A stretch of DNA of 64,000 bases from NCBI GenBank assembly GCA_051294905.1, contig CM119372.1, positions 744,001-808,000 of the forward strand, in the 5' to 3' direction. Positions 1 to 10,962 of this stretch are shown piece by piece; the first letter of the stretch is position 1; each line of letters starts with the position of its first letter. The DNA comes from Botryllus schlosseri. Lineage: Eukaryota. A model generated the notes under the pieces. The model saw only the letters and a program-made list of their open reading frames with translations, searched no databases and was not told the DNA's origin. The position numbers were made by a program, and so were the translations under genes.

Positions 1-357
1 ATGAGATGCTTTACTCTATTGATGCTAATGGCGCTAAAGCAAATCTGGGAGTTCAAAAATAGTTTTCAGTAAAAGTGATATTCATCCGCTCTGCACGTAC
101 TGCGCTTCGCCGATGCCGGCGATGCGTTTCGTCCACTGAGCTATATAAACTTTTCGTCTCCACAAAGCGCGAAATTTCGTAATTCGTACAGTTTTAGGAA
201 GGTGAGTAGCAAACCCATATTTGTAATCTTGTGTTTAAACATACCACTATGTGCGCAAATGACGCTGGTTTTTAGAAGCAAAACCTAATTGATGAAATAA
301 TTGAAAGATTTTATGAGACGGGTTACCATCGTTTATGGCAGTGGTGTTTCCCGAAGG

Positions 358-621
358 GAGAGAGAGAGAGAGAGAGATGATATTCTTTCTCGCCTGCACC
401 ATCGAGATGCTTTGGCGACGGAGTTGCGATACGGCCCCATGAGGTCATCTAGTCTGCGCCCCCGTTTTTTTCTCCTCCATGCTATCCGTGATTGCTGAGC
501 GCCTAGCAGGATAGCCGCGGATACCATTTTTCGAGTCTTTGGTATGACCCGGCCGGGGATCGAACCCACGACCTACCGCTCGAGAAGCCGGACGCATAAC
601 CATTACACTATCTCGCTCGGT
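358..621 (-). mobile_element. tRNA-derived SINE with (TC)n tail
   Basis: Minus strand has A box TAGTGTAATGG and B box GGTTCGATCCC, then a non-tRNA body and a (TC)n tail. Flanked by the imperfect direct repeat TTTCCCG(A/G)AGG (347-357 / 622-632). A diverged second copy lies at ~41270-41440 (+). Confidence 0.85.
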
Positions 622-1043
622 TTTCCCGGAGGATCGTACCGTTTCCAAAGCGATCGTATCATTATAGAATGTAAACGTTTACATTCTATAGTATCATGTA
701 CGTAATGTTTTCCGGGTTTCATGCATAACTACACAACTTCCAAAAATTGCTACTCGCACTTTCTTCATTCCATTGCAATCTTTGGTGGACGTGGATGGTG
801 TCTTTAGAAACGATGAAATTTCTAAATTAAGGAATTATTTTTTATTTAGGCATCTTCAGGGCTCAGACCACGCACTGTTCTTACGGCGATATGACTTGAC
901 CATAAATAAGTGTTCCCCGGTCTGCGCCCGTATAATTGGGTGGGCATGATAGAAATCGAATGAGAAAGACTGGCGGTGTCCGACTAAGTCAAATTTGCAT
1001 CCACCGACACTACAGTCACATCTGTGAGCGGGCTTGTCATCGG

Positions 1044-1471
1044 TAGGGTTGGGCACAATGATTCGAGTACTCGAATCTGAATCGAGCATTAATATTAATG
1101 ATTCGCGAGACGAGTAGTAATAGACGATTTTTTCGAGTACTGAAATTATACGCTCCTCGCAGCTGAAAGTTAATTTACTAACGAGAATTATAGTTTTCAT
1201 ACTATTTTCCACTGAGGAAGCCTTGAAACCTTGATTGGCAGTGTCTCAGCATACGAGACGCAGTACAAAAGCTACGAACGTTACCGGAAATACCACATTT
1301 CCGAAATCATTGTGAAGAAGTGCAATGAAACCGGTATGGTTGAAAAAATATATAACATGCAGGCATTACGTTCTTTGTGGTGGCATAAGGTACATATTTG
1401 AACTTTTACATTGCACATTATCTTGTGACGTCATGATGAGTCACTCAGGTACTCGATTTTGCCTAGCGCTA
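1044..1471. mobile_element. Non-autonomous hAT-type MITE (CGAGTACTCG family)
   Basis: Termini TAGGGTTGGGC...GCCTAGCGCTA with perfect 8-bp TSD GTCATCGG (1036-1043, 1472-1479). Related pieces at ~12020, 20720, 21140, 28690, 30890, 42130, 54035 and 59815-62070. Confidence 0.8.
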
Positions 1472-2260
1472 GTCATCGGTTGTTGTCATTAACAACCCTT
1501 TGTTACAGATCTAATGTGCTAATTGTTATAGTTGAAGAAAGAATACAGTGCCAGCGTGATAAACGCAAAATTATGGTGCCAAAACCAACATGAAGATGTG
1601 CCAAAATTCCAATACTTTTGCATTCAAATATGCCAAATGTCAATACTGGCACCGGCCGCTATTACCTACAAAACACGGCGGAATGTTCCGATACCGATTC
1701 CACTCCTTTTTTTCTCGGCAGCGACGCAATCTTCTCGCGCTGAAAAATACTCTCAAACTTTGCAATATAAACGCATTGGGAGCGTTAATTCTTCACTTGT
1801 GAACTAGAAAAGCACATAGCTACCAACAATTAAGTTTTTGGAACTACGTCGAAACGGCAAATGTTACGGACTCACTGTACTTATCTTATTAGGTTTATTT
1901 GAATTATTCCATGTCAGAAAAAGCGAGAAATATGGACAATTTTCTTCGCACTCATCCGGGATTTTCATTCGCACCATGCTATATGTCATTCGCCCTGATT
2001 TTTTTTTTCATTCGTACAAGTGCGAACCGTCACACAGGTTGAAAAGCACTGTATAATATATATCATTGGTGTATCGAACAGACGATAGTGGGTGTCTGAA
2101 TCAAAAGTCTACACGAAATGGTTTCGACACATATTCTCATCTTTTCATTATATCGCGACCTTTTGAATGAATAAAAATATCAGTAATAATAACTGACGTA
2201 TTTGTAAAATCAGTAGTTAACTACAATTTCAATGATTCAAGGGTATCACATCCTATACAT

Positions 2261-2767
2261 TAGGGTTACCATATTTTGGAATCGGGAAACGGGGACACTT
2301 TTTCAAAATTTTCAGATTTAGAATTGTGGAGTGACGTCATATTTTGTGATACGATTGTTGATATACAATGTTCTTTCCAATTCTCTACTAGTTGCTGACG
2401 ATTACCCCTGACGAGTGTCAGCCGAAAATATTCGGGTTCATTTCAATATGAATATACTATTTAATAGGAGTAAAATTCGGAAAATGGTAATTATTTCCCA
2501 ACTTTGTGATTGGTTGACTAAAAAAGGGTCAACTTTCCGACTCAACTCCGGAAATAAGGATTTTCTTTTCACACTTCAAGTCAGTTGACTAAAAAAAGGT
2601 CATCACTTCGTTCGGATCACGAATTTCCTATTTAGCGTCATTTATGCCCACTTCGTAGCTCTAAAAGCTGCATGTATAGGAGGACGAATTCCCAAAAATA
2701 GAGGACATTTTCAAAAACCTGAAAAAATAGGACGAATCCTCCTAAAGGAGTACGTATGGTAAACCTA
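2261..2767. mobile_element. hAT (Blackjack-like) MITE
   Basis: TIR TAGGGTTACCATA / TATGGTAAACCTA with degenerate TSD CTATACAT/CTATACGA and GGAC-type subterminal motifs. Contains a nested copy of another dispersed repeat at ~2331-2460. Confidence 0.65.
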
Positions 2768-2949
2768 CTATACGAGCTTCAAATACTGGCAATTTGGCAT
2801 GTTCGTGCCAATATCACCCCGTTCTCGTGTTGCTACCACCTGCGAGTCTCGAGACCGAGCACTAACCTCTCAGAAGAGAGAAGCCGGAGACAACTTATAT
2901 TCGCTATCACAGGGGTACAAATTTCGCAGGTATATTTTAACTATGGCGT

Positions 2950-4200
2950 CACGAGGCTATTGCAACAGGGGAAAACTGATAGCTTCAGCGGCCCACGTTG
3001 AAAATCATGAAGGGTGCTGTATTACCACTTACCATATTTTGACATCCGAAAAATTGTGAAAGCTCTAGTACCGAAAAGTTATTAAATGGACTCTACGGTA
3101 CGATCGTTCGAAAGTGTAACTGCGCTACCAGTCCGTCCGACCGAATGCGTTGAACAAAAATCAGGATTTACGTCACTGAGAATTTGGAGTTGCATCAATG
3201 TTATTCACGCGCAATGCGCCGTTAGTTACGAATGACACTGGTCTGGCAAGTTTGCAAGTAACACACGACAACAAGCGGACAAGCCTGATGATTTTGATTG
3301 CAAACGCGAAATCGCGCAGCCAATCAGTAATTGCGGTTTCTGGCTTCGCGGTGAGTTGCTCGCATCGCGGCAATTGCCGTTTGCAGATTTTGGCGGCATT
3401 GGTGCATTTACCGATTTACGTTCGCGAAGTATCATTAAATCGCGGGCAGCGCGAATAAAATTTCAAGATCAATTAAAATCTCTCAAAAATTCTGGAGTAA
3501 ATTCAATTTCCATTTCGACGCCTGCCAACGCATACTAATTGAATTACGTGTTGACGGTCGCACAAATTCACTTCTATGCCGCAGGTTGCTATAATTCTTG
3601 GGCTAGAATTAATTCCACTTCCGGGCGCATGCCGCGATCTTTTCAATAGAAATACACTATCTAGCAAATATCCAATAGTTTAAAATACGATATTGTTGCT
3701 CTCGATACGAGTACGTCCAGCAATCAAGCTTATCGGAATATAGAAGGCTCCCTGTTCAAACTAATCGAATAAATTCAGAATTTGTGCCACCCAGATGAAT
3801 CTCGCGATGCATCGATTTTTGACAATGGCATGGCGCACCCTACTGCACGTTAATAACGAAAGGAACACTTAAAAATGACATTGTGCGACAATTTCGGAGG
3901 GCGAATGTATCAAGCAGACAACAAGAAATATAAAACATGGCAAACAAGAAAGCGTGTATTCTAATCAGTATCGACACAAATGGGCTCTGAGTCTGACACC
4001 GTATTGAGTAGCTTTCGTCGCGAAAATTGTTTTCTCATTATGTCGGTGTTTGCGCTGTATTGCTGCATTGCCAGAATAATGCTACTGGCAAAGCTTTGTT
4101 ATAGAAACGAATATGGGCAGAAATGAATTCCAATTTACCATCATACTCTTCAATTTTGCGTTCCGATTCTCAAGACTATATCACGAATCTAGCTAGCTCA
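2950..4200. repeat. Two tandem diverged copies of a ~600-650 bp CpG-rich unit (third copy at ~8690-9310)
   Basis: Collinear shared blocks: AGTCCGTCC, TGCATC(A/G)AT, GACA(C/T)TG...CAAGC(A/G)GACAA, CAATCA(G/C)TAAT and GCTCGCATCGC occur in the same order at ~3130, ~3710 and ~8800. Confidence 0.6.
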
Positions 4201-4828
4201 AGGATGGTTTTATATACGAATATTGGCGCACATAATTTAGATTTTAGAAAAGCAGGATGTCTTTTTGGACGCCTGGTCGGGAGAGGAGATCTAGGATGGT
4301 GCTGCTCAGCACACGCGCTAGACACGTAACCAGTCGTAAAATTAGGGAGTTGGTATTTTTTTCAAACTTATCAATATAGCATCAATTCAATTCCAGTTAT
4401 GTACAGTACATGTGTAAATGGCAATCATATAATCTCTTGGTGTTGACAATTTTGGGCGTATGGAAAGCTTGCCAAAGAGTCGGGAAGTGCTGTCAATTAG
4501 CGAGTCCCTAACCTCGGGTGAACAATTGAATACGCGCGCGTATTACGCAACCTCGGCGACAGTTTCGAAAATCAAATGTCCGAACATGACGGGACCGATT
4601 TCAGGTGGTTCAGACCTTTGTCGTCTTTTAGAACTCAAACCAAGATACACATTTTCTTATCGTCACGTTGAAGTACTAGCGGAAATCAATGACGCGCGGT
4701 AAACTCTGTTCGATGTTATTCAGTTTCGCACTTTAAATAATATGACATAAAACAATCACTAATCAGCGTAAACTCGGCCGCATCGTTTCCAAACCAGCAA
4801 GAGATAGGAGCCAAAGCATGCTATGCCC

Positions 4829-5110
4829 GAGATGCAATAGTTGGGCCAGAAAGGATATCGTTCGCACCAGGTCGCCAATGCAGATGCGATTGCGCAGGCA
4901 TGCGATGATATACTGTGAACAGGGCATATTGCAGATGCAATTGTTTAGTTCAAGCCAGCGGAACCAGGCTTGTTCAAGACACGATAAATCAGGCTATAGC
5001 GACGATTGCCGCGCGCACGGGAATGAATAATCAAATTTCGAGACCATCTCAGCGGAAGATCATCACGGACTCTTCTCGCAAACTGACAACATGCTTCTCG
5101 CAAATCGCCC
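4829..5110. repeat. ~51-bp minisatellite-containing dispersed repeat
   Basis: Units begin (C/G)AGATGC(A/G)AT at 4829, 4881 and 4932; a homologous array lies at 57047-57170. Confidence 0.6.
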
Positions 5111-6364
5111 GCTTGGAACATTGATTATACAATTATTGAATTGCAGCCGAATAATAGAGTTAGAATGGTCATTTCAAAATGACGTGGTTTCGCGTTTCAA
5201 ATAGCGGGGTCCCGAAACTCCCGTGACCACGCGCCTGGCACAAGCGCGTATCGAAATCGAAGACGTCGTTAACGAGGTGGCATCGATTCGCCTGATTACT
5301 TACCAATTATAGGTCACATATCGATTGGGTGTATGAGCATTTTGTAAATATGGTGTGGAACGTTGAGCATAACAACATGTCACATATTTGTTTCATTTGA
5401 CCGTTTATGATTCACAATGGGCAGTCAACAACGGGGGCCTATGAAGTAGGCTACTAAGTGTAAAACGCCAAATCAGAAGTTCACCGACAGTGCAAACATC
5501 TACGATACAAACGAAATGCAGGTTTTCCTCCAACGACACTTTCAATATATTGAAAAATGATGACGAATCCTCCTCAAACAGGACACATGGTAACCCTACT
5601 AAACAATCACTCACAAATGTTGTAAGTGTTACTCAAGTCAGGAAATTCATGATAAGAGTCCATTGGCAAATGAAATATTTATTTCAAGCTTCAACAAAGA
5701 ACAAATGCATCAATTTGCGCTGTGACCGCAACAAGCATCCCATTGGAAAGAAATTGACTTATCTGTGAGAGAAGTGCAAGTATAACGAATCGTATGGTGG
5801 AATGTTAGGAAACTGTAGACTGTTGTAATGCATGGCTTCAAATTAGGGTTCTGCTATTGATACAGTGCAATAGAGGACCATCGTTATTATCCGCAAGGGT
5901 ATGACCAATGACCATCATAAAACAGGGTTCCCCGTGAAGTTTTGGAAATCTATGGAGTTATATATTTGGTTTAGGGTCAGGTTGGGGTATCGTAAAATTA
6001 GGGTAGGAGTTACGGATAGATTGGAGTTGGTCAGTCAGTTTGGGGAATCAGAATGATTGGGGTTGGTTCATCAAGAAATTCGGGTTAGGTTTGGAGTCTG
6101 GTAGGATTAAGGGTACGGGTGATGAATGCTCCTACATTGGCTTAACCCAAAACCGAATATAAACGCCACGAATTATGACATGTTCATGAGGAATTCTGAT
6201 TGGCAACGATCGTATTGTTGTGGTGTGGGTTAGACTAGTTCCAAGATTCTACCAACCATGAATTGAACAAAGACTTCTCACAGTTCACTTCGTACAGTGT
6301 GACTGCAAAAAATATGACTGGATTGGATTAGAAAAGTAACTCATCGGCAGCAACCGGACATACA

Positions 6365-7348
6365 TTATTGCACTGAGCTGGGCGAGATGTTGAACATTTT
6401 CGGGTCAAATTCTTGTCCTTTGAACGGCGAGCCTTCCGCGTCCCATCCTTGTTTGAGCATCTCGTGAACTTTGAGCTCGTGACTCTGCGGAAGACCAAGA
6501 CGTTTCTGCTTTTCATCAAACTGAAGCTTGTTGATAACCGCTAGTTCATCAGGAGCCATATCTGCCATCGATCTTTCAGGCTGGATCTTCTTCAAATCAA
6601 TTTCGTCTTCGTTGGTGAGCAATGCTTTGAACCAGAAGTTCACATTTTTGCTGATAGATATCGTTATACACTTTCCTTTCTCCAAAGACCATGTGGTTTC
6701 AGTCCATCTTACTTCATGAGTAAGCTCTCCATCGATAACAACATCCGTTTCCCCGCTTGCATTTACAATGCTGACGTAAATCGATTTTTTTCCGACATCC
6801 ACCTTCACTTGGTCAGTTTTTACAATGGTTTTATCAACTGGAATCACAATATCAAGATCTTCATAGTTTTGGGACCATGAATATTTCTCCCTGACTGCTC
6901 CATTGTAGCTTTCAGGATTGCTCTGAAATGCTTCTTGCGTTTTAGGCATCTCGTTTGTTGATGGTTCAGCAGAGGTCGAGGCGGATGTTTGTGGTTTGGG
7001 ATCGTTATCAGAAGACTCAGCTGGCGCCTTCTCTGCATTGGACTCGGTTGGGGCCGTCTCTGCATTATCTGGTGCTTTAGCTTCGTTTTCTTTCTTACGT
7101 TCCAAAGCAGCGCGTACCATTCTTTCAGTCACTCCTTTGTACTTGATGAAATGAGATTTGATCATGTTTTCCGCCACCCCTTCGGGAAACCCATATCTCG
7201 GATCTTCCTCAGTCTTGACGTGGTAGAAGTCCGTTTTGCGGAAAAGAAAGCCAAACACGACATCTAGAAACTTTGTCACCTCTCCCTCGTGTTGCAGTAT
7301 GCCCAGCAAGGCGGAATCGTACTTTTGGAAGTCAGTCGGAGAAGCCAT
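6365..7348 (-). CDS. NUDCD3: NudC domain-containing protein 3 (intronless, 327 aa)
   Basis: N-terminal NudC motif (YDSALLGILQH...FLDVVFGFLFRKTDFY), p23/CS domain (SYNGAVREKYSWSQNYEDLDI...), and C-terminus KRLGLPQSHELKVHEMLKQGWDAEGSPFKGQEFDP. ATG at 7348. Confidence 0.95.
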   Translation of the reverse strand: MASPTDFQKYDSALLGILQHEGEVTKFLDVVFGFLFRKTDFYHVKTEEDPRYGFPEGVAENMIKSHFIKYKGVTERMVRAALERKKENEAKAPDNAETAPTESNAEKAPAESSDNDPKPQTSASTSAEPSTNEMPKTQEAFQSNPESYNGAVREKYSWSQNYEDLDIVIPVDKTIVKTDQVKVDVGKKSIYVSIVNASGETDVVIDGELTHEVRWTETTWSLEKGKCITISISKNVNFWFKALLTNEDEIDLKKIQPERSMADMAPDELAVINKLQFDEKQKRLGLPQSHELKVHEMLKQGWDAEGSPFKGQEFDPKMFNISPSSVQ

Positions 7349-7597
7349 ACTCGCGCCTGGGCAAGAAACCCTTCGCCACACTCACAGCAAACAGTCGCAA
7401 ACACTTCTGCTTCTGGTTCTGGAAAATTCAATGTGATCAGCAATCCGGGTGTGTCTATTTTGTCAATGTCGCCAATGTCGATAGTGTCGCCAATATCAAA
7501 AATGTCGAATTTACCAGGAAATATTTCATTTATTATACCCAAGTACCATCAATGTCGGTAACTACCTCGACTCTACCAGGAAATATGTCATTATAAT

Positions 7598-7700
7598 TAG
7601 GCTTACCATTTGTCCCGTTTTAAGCGGGATAGTCCCGCTTTTAACGTCTTGTCTCGGCGTCCCGACCAGTCAGCCAAACGTCCCGCTTTTTAAGGCCGTA
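7598..7700. mobile_element. hAT-Blackjack-like terminal fragment
   Basis: TAGGCTTACCATTTGTCCCG followed by repeated GTCCCG motifs; no second terminus found. Confidence 0.5.
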
Positions 7701-7779
7701 AGGTACTGCTGAACTAACAAAATTTTCCAATTTTTTTTTATTGCAGAATCCTAAAGTATGAAACTAGTTCTTTTCAAAA

Positions 7780-8516
7780 ATGTATTGCTTTTGTCTGATT
7801 TCGAATCAGAAGTATGTTAAACATGGGCATAAATGTTCACTTCCTGTTCAGTCATCTTGATATATTTTCCGATCATCATGTTGATTAGCAAGGGGAGAGG
7901 TTCTAACAATACATCAGAACAACAATAGAAAGACACCAGGGCATATGAGATGAACCATTGATCATATTATGTCAGACCGTTGCCGGAACCTTTTGAGAAA
8001 CTGCACTATATAGCATACAGGCGAAAATCGTACAAAAAACAATTTCGATTAAAAATATATCAGTAATATTGTATTCCAACTGAATATTTCAAATTTACAA
8101 TAGGTGGTCGACGTCAAACTGATTGATTTAATGCCACGTTATTTGAGTTTTTAGGTAAATACTTTTATACATGACTGGAGTTTATTCATGTATAAGATAT
8201 CCGTGAAAGTCTGTAACTATGATAAATCTAATACCCCAAAATACAGGGCTCTTGCTGTATTTTGATTTAATATAGTCTTCTGTGTGTAAATATAACAAGT
8301 ATATTGAATTTCTAAACTTTATAGTACCACTAAGCCGATTTTATATCTAGTCATTACCGCGAAAATGGGAGATTTTGGTCAAAACAGCCACATGGGTTAT
8401 CTCCACAACAAGAGCCAATTTGAAAAAACTAAGGTCATATTCGGGATCAGTGCCATTCAGAACCCCCAAAACCACTCTTACTTTGTCTGCCTAAAAATAT
8501 GTGTTGACCAGCAGTG
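7780..8516 (+). mobile_element. Chapaev3-like DNA transposon remnant (degenerate transposase C-terminus + right end)
   Basis: 7823-8000 translates as MGINVHFLFSHLDIF..D*QGERF*QYIRTTIERHQGI*D..MSDRCRNL, resembling the recalled MSxKxHFLxSHLDxF...EQGERFHQDI..MExRYQGxW...MADYCW motif. The element ends ...CAGTG followed by TTA. Confidence 0.65.
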
Positions 8517-9684
8517 TTATTGATTATTATTGCTATTGATATTCGCACGAGAACGCAATTTACTCCATGTCATTGCATGCATGCATGATACTGCATTAAA
8601 ACAGTGACGTGATGTTTAATACCAGTACTGCGCTCGTTAATATCAAGCCATACGGTCCAATTTAATGTTGAAATGCTGCGATTTGTTCAGATGTAACTGC
8701 AGAAATGAGCGCATGTCGCGACCTTCTATCAGCACAAAATCCACTTTTTATCAAATATACCGACGAATGGCTTCAAATTCAATATTCGTGCGCTCTTTAC
8801 CAGTCCGTCCGTCCTCGATCAAGTTCAGTGTAATATAGAAGTATCCCCTTCAAACGAATCAAATAAACTCGAAATCAGTGTCGCTGACAATCGGGTGGTG
8901 CATCGATGTTTTAGAACTTAATTCAACGTCGTGTACTGGACCAGTAGGCTACATTGTGACATTGCGCGATAATTCAAGAATACGAGTGTGTATCAAGCAG
9001 ACAAGAATGAATAGGCCTACACAAAATTGACGATTAGAAATTGGAAAGCACGCATCCAATCACTAATTGCCCTCTGATATTCCACGCCAGGGCAGGGTTC
9101 GGACACCGCATTGACTAGCTCGCATCGCAACAATTATAGGCTATGTGGACTATAATAGCGATCTGTGCTGCTTCGACGCATTTCCCTGTTTACGTTAGCA
9201 AATCGTGGAGTAAACTATCGTGCGCTTGAATGAATTTCAATTCATAGGCAAAAACGATAACACACTATCCAATTTGGCGCTACGATTAAAAAACTATCTA
9301 TCAACGAAGAACGTGCATTTGCTTGTCCAATTCCGAAAGGAAACACAGTGTATCTCGGCGTGCGGCATGCGCGCCTAGCATGTGCAGTTTGTGCACTGTG
9401 CACTGTGCACAGTGTGCAGCAATGTCATGCTGGTTACATCCTATGGCGTCGCTTATATATTCGTCTCATTACTAATTAGGTATATTGCTCATCTCACATA
9501 AGCATCAATCCCGTTTTGTGACATGCATGGTTTTCATTATTTTTCGAACCACACCATTGGCCATAGAGGTTTTGTGCTGATTACGAATTTGCGGGTATAG
9601 GCCACCTTTAATACAGAAATTACAGAGTAAGCGCGGTACCAGCCTACCCAGGTTTGGCACCTATATATGAACTGAACATGATTG

Positions 9685-10200
9685 AACTTCAAGTTTCAAG
9701 TTTATTCATAAAATTTCATCACTGCAAAACATCACAAGACGCTGCAATACAATGAATGATAGGATGATGCCGAAACGACTAGGAGTAGTCTTAAGATCAG
9801 ACACCCACATGGCATAGGCGATGCAAAGAGGAGGCAGCATATAGCCATACACTCGGAATGAAAGTAAAAGAATAGAATATAAAGTGGCAAGCGATAAAAT
9901 CAGGTGGCAAGTGACGGAAGGCGAGATCGATATGTCACGTCGTGGTCCGGCTGACTAGAATTCATTCACCGAAAATTGCTTGTATTTTGACTTGAATGTG
10001 GACACTGGACATGCTCGACAACTGTCGGATAGCCGGCGAGATACTGTTCCACACTTCAGGTCCGGTATATTTGATAGAGCGATGATCTTTTTTGTCAACC
10101 ATGATAGTTGGATGATGTGGACGCGCGTGCGTGTCGTACTTATGCACTTTTGATACCGAGTAAAGAAGTCATTGAAGTTTTCGTGGCAGTGGAACTGAGC
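9685..10200 (-). mobile_element. 5'-truncated CR1/L2-type LINE copy
   Basis: Homologous to the 3' end of the RT-bearing copy at 33870-34570 (ORF end SIKYTGPEVWNSISPAIRQ, 3'UTR, AATAAA and a short tandem tail). Confidence 0.75.
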
Positions 10201-10962
10201 AATTTACAAGTTACTGGCCAGATAGAAAATGTGGTGCTAACGAGGCAACAGTTCTTAATCTTTCGGACGAATATCGTAAAATTATGTGAATTCAGCCATT
10301 AGTAAAAGCATAGCATCTTATGAAATACATCGGAGCTGGAGCTACTGTTCAAACAACTGGCTCCAGCTCCACTTGAATTTCATGTAGAGCTCCGGCTCAA
10401 AGCCCCGCCTCAAATGTCGTATCGCTCATTGCTATCTAATACCGAATACTGTCCATACGTATTTTCTGTACCACCACTCCACATAAAGCCTGTGCAAACC
10501 TTAAAATTTGCGATTCAAACATTCACAATATCATAGACTCAACTTCAAAATTAGGTCGCCGAAGCGAGATGCATTTTGACCCATCTGCCACGATACGATG
10601 TCATTGAAAATAATCAAGGTAAAACAGCAGTCTTGCGAATGATATTATTAATCTTTGCCCTGAAATACCGTAGTCAGCAGTTGATTGCGGCAGTGATTGT
10701 GACCTGCTGTACCACGAAATAATACCGGATCCTAGATCTGACGGTACAGATTCCACCAGCTGTCTGTGAATGTCGGCAATCGTGTTATTACGGTACTATT
10801 CGGTTACTGCAAGACATGAGAAGCTTGATGTCTTGACTGATTGAAGCAAATTGACATATAGCGTATTGAGGCAGAGAAGAATTCCGAGAATATTACTGTA
10901 TTCATATATTACAAAAATCTGAAAAATTACAAATTGCACACAGTCGAGAGACCTAAAGAAGA

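Noticed and set aside
540..621. Possible tRNA gene
   Set aside because: A/B boxes are present but there is no clean cloverleaf or terminator; it continues into a SINE body with tail, TSD and a second copy.
7349..7381. N-terminal extension of NUDCD3 from a GTG start (likewise WBP4 from 24026)
   Set aside because: Non-ATG starts from the ORF caller; homology begins at the ATGs at 7348 and 24014.
6528..7596. Antisense and overlapping ORFs on NUDCD3, and similar shadows on RANBP1, WBP4 and NUB1
   Set aside because: Shadow ORFs of real coding sequence with no independent motifs.
9380..9420. GTGCACT tandem/palindrome as a metal-response element cluster
   Set aside because: It does not match the TGCRCNC core and is too short to distinguish from slippage.
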